NCBI GenBank assembly: GCA_013289145.1
Contig: JABDAM010000002.1
Location: forward strand, 7,653 to 71,652
Direction of reading: 5' to 3'
Origin: Alphaproteobacteria bacterium
GTDB lineage: Bacteria > Pseudomonadota > Alphaproteobacteria > UBA11073
DNA length: 64,000 bases
Numbering within the stretch: position 1 is the first letter of the stretch; the number at the start of each line of letters is the position of its first letter. The position numbers and the translations under genes were made by a program. The notes under the pieces are model-generated. The model was not told the origin of the DNA and did not search any database. It saw only the letters and a list, made by a program, of their open reading frames with translations. Shown here one piece after another: positions 57,039-64,000 of this stretch.

Positions 57039-57605
57039 CTACCGGATATTTATACCTGAAACAATTTCATTGCCGATAGAATCAAACGCCTTTGAAAGAG
57101 TTGTTTGAAGGTCTCGGCAGAAAAGAACCAGCGAGATATGATGCACTGTTTCGAGAAAAATATCTGGCGCGCTCGTAAAGGGACACGAAAAATCCATAAC
57201 CTTATATAATTCTATTAATGATGTAAGTTTCTGGCAATCTGTTTCTATTAACTTATGCGTGAAATCTATATTATGGAGGGAGTGAGCAAAAACATTGCGG
57301 ATGTCCTTTATAAGAAGAAGGTCTCTATAAACTGCGCCCTCAATAAGCGACATTGCATAAGCAATTCTGATTTTTGCAGAGAATGTGGCTAAAACTGCAT
57401 TGCCGCCGTCAAATATATTTTTGCTATCATCCTTATTTAGGTCACGGAAATGTGTACGCAAAAGTTGTTCGAGGCCATATTCTAGATATGAGGCACCCAT
57501 TATGGTGACGGTTCTGGCATCTTTTCCTTTAAGGTCATAAATAATCGCTGTCATTTCCTCCGATGTAGGAAAATTTTTAAGAAGCGTTTTTGATGAAGTA
57601 GTCAT
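57039..57605 (-). CDS. Hypothetical protein, MtlR/MltR-like helical domain
   Basis: IMGASYLEYGLEQLL...FDGGNAVLATFSAKIRIAYAMSLIEGAVYRDLLLIKDIRNVFAHS resembles the mannitol-repressor-like family (IRNxFAH). Tentative. Confidence 0.5.
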   Translation of the reverse strand: MTTSSKTLLKNFPTSEEMTAIIYDLKGKDARTVTIMGASYLEYGLEQLLRTHFRDLNKDDSKNIFDGGNAVLATFSAKIRIAYAMSLIEGAVYRDLLLIKDIRNVFAHSLHNIDFTHKLIETDCQKLTSLIELYKVMDFSCPFTSAPDIFLETVHHISLVLFCRDLQTTLSKAFDSIGNEIVSGINIR

Positions 57606-57613
57606 TGGTTTTT

Positions 57614-57814
57614 TTACATATTTCCTGGCTTACTATCGACTAATTTAAAATCGAAGTAATCTATACAGCCGTCCCACGAACGAGCCTCTTTCCCGCATTT
57701 CTCACAATTAAAACTGCCTTTATCTCTGGCAGGGAAATTCATATAGGTACATTCATATTTCTCCCCACAATGAGGACATTCAAATTCGGTTTTTCCTTTT
57801 TCCCAGGTAGCCAT
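57614..57814 (-). CDS. Small zinc-ribbon protein
   Basis: CPHCGEKY...CEKCGKE are two CxxC pairs. It ends 8 nt upstream of the MtlR-like gene. The start is either 57814 (MATWEKG) or 57847. Confidence 0.45.
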   Translation of the reverse strand: MATWEKGKTEFECPHCGEKYECTYMNFPARDKGSFNCEKCGKEARSWDGCIDYFDFKLVDSKPGNM

Positions 57815-57948
57815 CCTATCAATATGGCATAGAGCAATTATTGGCACCAGTATCTCCTAATTTAAACATACTTTTCAATATGATTAGAATGAGATAGATT
57901 CATATTTCGGTGCGCGTCTGGCCTCAAATTCACTTTGCCAAACTTGGT

Positions 57949-57969
57949 GGGGCACATTTGGGGGCACAT
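57949..57969. promoter_or_regulatory. Two direct GGGGCACAT motifs at the right end of island 1
   Basis: gGGGGCACATttgGGGGCACATt read directly, about 55 nt before the degenerate tRNA 3' remnant. Confidence 0.45.
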
Positions 57970-58024
57970 TAGAAATCTATATTATAAAAAGTCAAGGAAA
58001 TGCTATGTTTCCGGCTTTAATATA

Positions 58025-58043
58025 GGTTCCTCCGGGCCAAATT
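58025..58043 (+). repeat. Degenerate copy of the tRNA-Leu 3' end (attR of island 1 / attL of island 2)
   Basis: ggttcctccgggccaaatt versus tRNA ggttcaagtccctccgggggcaccaaatt. Similarity then continues through 58230 with the sequence downstream of the intact tRNA (ttttaggacatcc..., ccgtccgac.aaatcc.ttga.agcctg). Confidence 0.65.
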
Positions 58044-58183
58044 AAGGTTTTAGGACATCCCGTGAAGTCCGGAATACCCGCCGCAAACGGATAAGAACCA
58101 GCATTTTCTTTTCCGATACCGTCCGACAAAATCCATTGATAGCCTGAAGCACAATGGGGCACATCTTGGACCATGTGCCCCGC

Positions 58184-58230
58184 CTGACAAAAACCACCTA
58201 TTTAACGCAAGTTAAAATAACAGCGGCTAA
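58184..58230 (+). pseudogene. 5' remnant of a second P4-type integrase (start codon mutated, truncated after about 15 codons)
   Basis: ctgacaaaaaccacctatttaacgcaagttaaaataacagcggctaa parallels int1 atggcaaaaactgcctctttaacgcaagttaagataaaagccgctaaa (LTKTTYLTQVKITAAK versus MAKTASLTQVKIKAAK). Similarity stops at 58230. Confidence 0.6.
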
Positions 58231-58296
58231 GGTATTTTGGATGCCCACAGCGGCGATATAATCTGCCTCATATTCGTTGAATATCGGGAGCGCAAA

Positions 58297-60933
58297 ATGA
58301 TACTTAAAACGATTACGCCTGAATTAATTACGGCTTATTGGTTTTGCCCGCGCAAGGCTTTTTTGTTAATGCGCGGCGAAAAAGGCGCGGCCAGGCATGA
58401 ATATGTGGAAGTGATGGAGCGGCAGGCCTTGGCAAACCGTAAAAAAAATTTGGAAATTTCTAAAACTGGCGCGCCGGGAATCTGCGAACTTTTTTTGGCA
58501 ACCAGTACCCACAACATCGGCAAAGATCAAAAAATCCAATTGGCGGCGATGGCATATCTGCTGACGAAATCATCGGGCAAAACGATTACATCCGGCACAA
58601 TCATGAATGCGGCCGGCACGTTTTTTCAGGTTAAATTAACGGCCTTGATCGCGGAAATCGCGCCGCTGGTTGAAACGCTGGAAAGCTGGGTGAAAAAACC
58701 GCCACTCGAAGCGCCAGGAATTATTCTGATACGGCATTGCCAGATTTGCCCTTTCCGTCAGGCTTGTTTCGACCAGGCAAAAATCGAAGATAATCTCAGC
58801 CTGCTCGACCGCGTCACGCCCAAGGTGATGAAAAAATATAAAAAGCAAGGCATCTTTACCGTTCGCCAGTTATCTTATCTTTACCGCCCGCGGCGCGAGC
58901 GCAAAAGAAGCAAACCGGCGCCGGTGAAATTTGACGTGACGTTACAGGCTTTGGCGTTGCGGGAGCAGAAAATCTATGTGCAGGAAACGCCCATTATTCC
59001 GGCGCATCCGGTTGAAATCTTCATTGATTTCGAAGGCTTGCCCGATCAGGAATATGATTATCTCATCGGCATGATGGTTTCTGAAAACGGGCGCGCGGAA
59101 TGTCATTCTTTCTGGGCGGATACGGCGCAGGATGAAAAAACCATGTTTGAAAATTTCTTACATGCCGCCGCAAAATATCCTGATGCGCCCATTTATCATT
59201 ACGGACATTATGAATTCAAAAGCCTCATTCGAATTGGGAAGAAATATAACCTGGATATTGAAACGGTCAAAAAGCGGTTGATGAACGTCAGCTTTTTTGT
59301 ATTCGGCAAGATTTACTTCCCGGCGCGTTCCAACAACCTGAAAGATATCGGTAACATCATCAGCGCTGTGTGGACAGAACCAGGGGCTTCGGGACTGCAT
59401 AGCATTGCCTGGCGGATGCAGTGGGACGTATCGCAAAATGTCCGGTTCAAACAAAAATTGCTGACTTATAATGCGGAGGATTGCGCTGCGCTGCGTATTT
59501 TGCTCGTCGAACTGCGCAGCATCAGCGCGGCCGCTGAAACCCGCGCGGACGTGGATTTTGCGGGGCGCATCAAGCCAACCGCCAGTCCGGCGGGTCAGGC
59601 TATTCATCATTCACTGGAGCAAATTCTGCGTTCCGCCCATGCGGAATATCACAAAAACCGCATCGGCATCCGGCAGCGGGACAAGGATGACAAACCCGTT
59701 CATATCGGCGGCACGTTTGGCCACACAGGTGTGCGGCGGATCATTCCCAAACCGGACAGAGTTGTTCATGTCAAACCCATAACCCGCTGCCCCAAGCATC
59801 CAAATGAAATTCTGCAACCGGATGAAGATTGCAGTCATACCGTGATCGATCTGGAAATGATGCCGCATGGTTTTCAAAAAGTGATTACAAAATATACCGG
59901 CAAATCCGGCTATTGCGGCCGGTGTTACCGCCGTTACTTGCCACCGCGGATTAAGCAACTGTCCAACCAGCTGTTCGGCCACAACATGCGCGCCTGGGTG
60001 GTGTTTCAGCGGGTTGTCCTGCGCCTGTCCTACAGCGCGATATCGCAGGTTTGCGAAGAATTGTTCCGCGAACCTGTCACCGACGGCACCATTGGAAATT
60101 TCATGAAAGATTTCGGCAATCATTATGCCAAAACCGAAGAGATTTTGTTTCAGAAAATCTTCGCCAGCCCTTTTATGCATGTCGATGAAACCCGCATCAG
60201 CGTTCAGGGCGCGGATCATTATGTCTGGGTTTTCACCAATGGCACGCACGTCGTTTTTCGTCTGACAGAAACGCGCGAATCCGGCGTCATCCAAGAATTA
60301 CTGAAAAATTATAAAGGTATTTTGATTTCCGATTTTTACGGCGGCTATGATGCCTTTGCCTGCCGCCAGCAAAAGTGCCTGGTGCACCTTATCCGCGATT
60401 TGAACGATGAATTATGGAAAAACCCGCATCATCCGGCGCTTGAGGCTTTTGTGGGCGCGGTGAAAGAATTGTTGACGCCCTTGATGCAGGATGTACAAAC
60501 CCACGGCTTGCGCCGCCGCCATTTGCGCCGGCATGAAAAACGCGTGGCGGCATTCTATCAAAACACCATTGATAACCAAACCTATAAAGACGAAACGCTC
60601 GGGCGCTATCAAAAGCGCTTTTCGCGTTACCGCGACAGCCTGTTCCGCTTTTTGCAGGAAGATCATATCCCCTGGAACAATAACATGGCTGAGCGCGCCA
60701 TTCGCCATCTGGCGATCCAGCGCAAGATTTCGGGGAGTTTTTATAAAGGCCCCATGATTTCCTATCTGCGTCTGCTCGGCATCGCGCAGTCGTGCCGGTT
60801 TCAGAAAAAGTCATTTCTGGGCTTTATGCTTTCCGGCAAAAAAGACGTAGATGAATTCCATCCACCCCGGCGGCAGCCCATTTCCGAACCGGCTGGCGGC
60901 GGCGTTAATGCCGTTACTGCCCAGCAGGGGTAA
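58297..60933 (+). CDS. Fusion protein: Cas4/RecB-like (TM0106-type) nuclease + RNase H-like domain + IS66-type zinc-ribbon/DDE transposase
   Basis: N-terminal part: WFCPRK...HCQICPFRQAC (C...CX2CX5C), IDFEGLPDQEYDYLIG, YHYGHYE, YNAEDCAAL. C-terminal part: RCPKHP...CGRCYRRY, HVDETRISV, ISDFYGGYDAF, WNNNMAERAIRH. It is one uninterrupted frame, with gggagcgcaaaATG at 58297. Confidence 0.75.
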   Translation: MILKTITPELITAYWFCPRKAFLLMRGEKGAARHEYVEVMERQALANRKKNLEISKTGAPGICELFLATSTHNIGKDQKIQLAAMAYLLTKSSGKTITSGTIMNAAGTFFQVKLTALIAEIAPLVETLESWVKKPPLEAPGIILIRHCQICPFRQACFDQAKIEDNLSLLDRVTPKVMKKYKKQGIFTVRQLSYLYRPRRERKRSKPAPVKFDVTLQALALREQKIYVQETPIIPAHPVEIFIDFEGLPDQEYDYLIGMMVSENGRAECHSFWADTAQDEKTMFENFLHAAAKYPDAPIYHYGHYEFKSLIRIGKKYNLDIETVKKRLMNVSFFVFGKIYFPARSNNLKDIGNIISAVWTEPGASGLHSIAWRMQWDVSQNVRFKQKLLTYNAEDCAALRILLVELRSISAAAETRADVDFAGRIKPTASPAGQAIHHSLEQILRSAHAEYHKNRIGIRQRDKDDKPVHIGGTFGHTGVRRIIPKPDRVVHVKPITRCPKHPNEILQPDEDCSHTVIDLEMMPHGFQKVITKYTGKSGYCGRCYRRYLPPRIKQLSNQLFGHNMRAWVVFQRVVLRLSYSAISQVCEELFREPVTDGTIGNFMKDFGNHYAKTEEILFQKIFASPFMHVDETRISVQGADHYVWVFTNGTHVVFRLTETRESGVIQELLKNYKGILISDFYGGYDAFACRQQKCLVHLIRDLNDELWKNPHHPALEAFVGAVKELLTPLMQDVQTHGLRRRHLRRHEKRVAAFYQNTIDNQTYKDETLGRYQKRFSRYRDSLFRFLQEDHIPWNNNMAERAIRHLAIQRKISGSFYKGPMISYLRLLGIAQSCRFQKKSFLGFMLSGKKDVDEFHPPRRQPISEPAGGGVNAVTAQQG

Positions 60934-61132
60934 AAAAGCGGCTTAAAGCGGCGTAAAAATCACCCGCGGCGCACGCCAAACCGGCTTAATAGCCGTCAAA
61001 AACAATTTTAAATTGTATTGCAGTTCTGAAACCACGCGCGGCGGTGGGTATTTGCGCGTTTTATTTTAACCCAGCTGGGCAGTTACTGGTTTTTGTTTCT
61101 GCAAGTATTTGCGAATCTCTTACGCTTAAAGA

Positions 61133-62593
61133 ATGGACTTAAAAATATTTTTTATTTTATGCGCGAATACAACGGAACTTTGCCGTCAGCTGGAGGAGTC
61201 GCAAGCGATTATCCACTCGCAGCAAGTAAAACTCGTGCATCAGGATATGGTAATCCAGGATCTGGCCGAACAGATCAAAAAACTGAAACGCAGCCAGGAA
61301 TTAACCAGCGCGATCAGCAGCAAACCGCCTTCCAGCGACGGTTTGAAAAAACCCGTCCGCGTCATGAGCCTGCGCCGCACCGAACACAATGCCAACGGCG
61401 GCCAAACGGGCCACAGGGGCGAAACCCTGCGCCAGGTTGAAACACCGGATATCATCCAGCAACATTGCGCCGAACAATGCGCCCATTGTCAGGCCAAACT
61501 GACCGAGGCCATGGTGACCAGCCATGAAGCGCGCCAGGTTTTTGATATTCCCAAACCCCGATTGGAAGTCACGGAACATCAGGCGATGATTTACGCCTGC
61601 GCATCCTGCCGCCGCGTGACCAAGGGTGTTTTCCCCATGGACGTGACCGCGCCCGCGCAATATGGCCCGCGGGTGCGGGCGGCGGCGGTTTATTTGAACG
61701 CTGGACAATTAATTCCGGAAGACCGCGTGGCGGAAACCATGCGCGATCTCATGAACATCAACCTGTGCCCCGCAACCATTGCCGCGATGGGTACGCGCAA
61801 AGCAGATGAATTCCGGCCGCTTGCCGATTATATCGCAGCGCGGGTTGCGGCGGCGCCCGTCCGGCATCTTGACGAAACGGGTTTCCGGATCGGCGGCAAA
61901 ACGCAATGGCTGCATGTGGCGGCGACTGCGGATCTGACGGCTTACCGTATTTCCATGCATCGCGGAACGTTGCCGCAGAATATTAAAAGCGGCGTAGTCG
62001 TACACGATCATTGGAAACCTTATTATACCATGGAAGGCGTAACGCATGCCTTATGCAATGCCCATCACCTGCGCGAACTCAAAGCCCTGATCGAGATCGA
62101 AAAAGAATCCTGGGCACGGCATATGGAGCGGTTATTGCTCTATGCCCACCGTGTCGTCCGCCTGGCGCAAGAGAAAAACCAGATTACACTACCCGATCCG
62201 ATTTACCGGCGTATCTCGCGAATCTATGACCGGATTGTTGAATACGGCCTGACCTTCCATGAACGGCAAGAAGCGTTATTCCAAAAGGGAAGCCGCGGGA
62301 AAAAGCCGCGCCGGATCGGGCATAACCTGTTACTGCGTTTCCGTGACTATAAAGCTGACGTTCTGCGCTTTGCGGCGGATTTCAATATTCCCTTTACGAA
62401 TAATCAGGCTGAGCGTGATATCCGGATGATGAAGGTGAAGCAAAAAATCTCCGGCGGTTTCCGCTGCCGCGCGGGCGCGCAGAGTTTTATCACCCTTAAA
62501 TCCGTGATGGCCACGGCGCGGAAACAATCCTGGAATATGCTTGAAACCCTAAGCCAGTCGCTTTTGGAACTGATGCCACGCCTTGCGAGCTGA
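61133..62593 (+). mobile_element. IS66-family transposase gene (single-ORF, ISBst12-like subgroup); element ends not resolved
   Basis: Coiled-coil N-terminus, SSKPPSSDGLKKP, zinc ribbon CAHC...CASC, and DDE core HLDETGFRIGG / VHDHWKPY / TNNQAERDIRMMK. No tnpA/tnpB-like ORFs lie upstream. Confidence 0.85.
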
Positions 62594-62687
62594 TTTTAAT
62601 GAGTTGAATTTGAGTAGGATCAATATACGCGCCTGGGTGTTGCTACAATTGAATATTTCATGATTATACACCCTACCATATTATCTT

Positions 62688-62718
62688 CCGGCTGGGATTT
62701 TAAAAGCTTCCCAGCCGG
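62688..62718. terminator. Perfect 10-bp hairpin downstream of the minus-strand orphan gene
   Basis: CCGGCTGGGAttttaaaagctTCCCAGCCGG. It lacks a clear U-tract on either strand, so terminator function is uncertain. Confidence 0.35.
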
Positions 62719-62727
62719 GTTTCCAAA

Positions 62728-63162
62728 TTACATGCCCGGAGTATGAACACCTGTTTGATTCAATTCAGACGGCAAAACAAATTTTGCCTCGCCCTTCCAT
62801 AAATTAACGGCTTTAATATTGCCGAATTCAATTTGTTTGTCTTTGGAAAAGCCAGCAACATTTAAGCGCACATGATCGATCATGCCGACCTCTGCAATGG
62901 ACAGGACATGAGTGCCAAGTATGGCATAGGTATCAAATCCTCCCACATAGGCTGAATTTATTTTTTCTATTGCGGCTTCCAAGCTTTCCAAACCCTGTTT
63001 GAAAGACATGCCCAACGCATAGTTGCGCGAACCATCATCCGTTTCCTGGATGGAAATCTTAAAAATCATGGGAACATAAGTACGGTTTGATTGGTTATAA
63101 GCGACTGCGGCGAAATGCCGCGGCGCTGCCAAAAGTTCTTGCAATTCTCCGGGTTTTACCAT
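62728..63162 (-). CDS. Hypothetical protein (island 2 cargo)
   Basis: AT-rich ORF. I chose the start at MVKPGELQELL; the longer ORF-track N-terminus looks non-coding. No motif recognised. Confidence 0.4.
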   Translation of the reverse strand: MVKPGELQELLAAPRHFAAVAYNQSNRTYVPMIFKISIQETDDGSRNYALGMSFKQGLESLEAAIEKINSAYVGGFDTYAILGTHVLSIAEVGMIDHVRLNVAGFSKDKQIEFGNIKAVNLWKGEAKFVLPSELNQTGVHTPGM

Positions 63163-63486
63163 TGTGCCCGTCTGGTCCAGGCAGGGGGGCATGATTAAAA
63201 GAAATAGGGTGGTAACGGCCGGATGAGGTATCGTAAGCGATAAGAGCAAACATTTTAAGTTTCCCTATTTGGTGTGGGATTGAAAATGGTGTCATATTAA
63301 TAGCCTTGCGAACTGGATTGCAAGGAAAATGAATACTTGCAAGACGGGCGCTTGGCGAAATCCCCCTTTTCGGGTCCGGGGAAGGGGAATTTTTTCATGC
63401 AAGTATTTTTTTTCTTTACTTTCAGAAATATTTTCTTTTATGCTGAATGCCTATAATCAAACCAACACTTAAGACAGGGATACAAT

Positions 63487-63807
63487 ATGTTAACGCAGGC
63501 AAAACGTAAAATTTTCAAGACGAATGGCAACGAGTTCCACCTTAGATTAGTTGAGGTGAAGTCAGGCAGTGAATTGGACAAGATTCGTCAGGAATTGATT
63601 GAAAAGGGTGCAGACTTTGAAAAAGAAGATTTTCTGCATTTAGCAAATCGGAGCTTTCCTAGTTTAGTTACTAAAAGTGGTAGCCATTATGGACTTGTCG
63701 AGAATATTTCAAAAGCTCTTGAGATTTTAGATGATGTGAAACAGCCCATGACGAAAGACGATTGGCTCTATAAGTTTAATCTTGATAATAAGATTATTCT
63801 ACATTAG
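63487..63807 (+). CDS. Hypothetical 106-aa protein (island 2 cargo)
   Basis: AT-rich ORF with agggatacaatATG upstream. No motif recognised. Confidence 0.4.
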   Translation: MLTQAKRKIFKTNGNEFHLRLVEVKSGSELDKIRQELIEKGADFEKEDFLHLANRSFPSLVTKSGSHYGLVENISKALEILDDVKQPMTKDDWLYKFNLDNKIILH

Positions 63808-63884
63808 AAAGAACCTTAGAACTTAACCCGAAGGCGCTTGAGCACATTTTCAAGCCCAGCCGTTGGGTCGGGCATACCGATGAA

Positions 63885-64000
63885 ATGAAAGAAGTATGGG
63901 CGCATGTGCCGAAGAACCATAAAAATGGATTTGATTTTGATGATGCTTATGAAGAGGCCCAGATAGAGACAATCTTGCCGGCGGCAAAGAAAGAGATTTT
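63885..64000 (+). CDS. Possible partial ORF running off the right edge
   Basis: The frame is open from 63792 to the window end (..MKEVWAHVPKNHKNGFDFDDAYEEAQIETILPAAKKEI). The first ATG is at 63885, with no convincing RBS. Confidence 0.2.
   Translation, partial: MKEVWAHVPKNHKNGFDFDDAYEEAQIETILPAAKKEI

Noticed and set aside
57992-58174. 60-aa minus-strand ORF across the island junction
   Set aside because: It lies over the degenerate tRNA 3' remnant and the sequence homologous to the non-coding tRNA-int spacer of island 1.

Overview
The window looks like an alphaproteobacterial chromosome segment. This is an inference from gene content: mipZ, a Tim14/Pam18-like J-domain protein, a DUF1674/SDHAF4-like gene, CADD, and the dnaG-rpoD, sucAB and tol-pal arrangements. 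Positions 1 to about 51,000 are GC-rich, densely coding housekeeping DNA. This part holds the acs 3' end, yqeY, dnaG-rpoD, mbfA, a transsulfuration pair, dacC-SPOR, pgm-galU, mipZ, exoD plus an ABC exporter, CADD, rsmB, an envelope-glycan cluster with a rhomboid protease, ilvBH, mutM, rpsT, the full tol-pal cluster, guaB, prpD-family, rlmE, sucAB, and a GH17-GT2 (NdvB-like) plus GH13 pair. A few visibly AT-rich orphan genes interrupt it (656-1501, 20963-21757, 37042-37842). At 51043-51126 a tRNA-Leu(CAA) marks the start of a visibly AT-richer accessory region. Island 1 (about 51127-58024) carries a P4-type integrase, AlpA, a second HTH plus tyrosine-recombinase module, an OMP/lipoprotein pair behind a strongly structured leader, and a two-gene orphan operon. 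It is followed by a degenerate copy of the tRNA 3' end and the first codons of a second integrase. That second integrase is cut off by IS66-type DNA. The most unusual object is one long ORF (58297-60933) that fuses a Cas4/RecB-like (TM0106-type) nuclease and an RNase H-like module to an IS66-type DDE transposase. It sits next to a conventional single-ORF IS66-family transposase. Non-coding structure includes a 135-bp MITE-like palindromic element (two full copies in opposite orientation and one solo arm, each directly after a stop codon). There is also a dispersed family of TCTCGCC-type tandem heptamers that occurs in an intergenic spacer and in frame inside sucA and sucB linkers. A 110-nt TAGGAA-repeat palindrome lies inside the DUF1674 ORF, and fragments of the tRNA 5' half are duplicated upstream of the tRNA. 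I found no rRNA genes and no CRISPR array. All homology statements rest on motif recognition by eye, not on searches.
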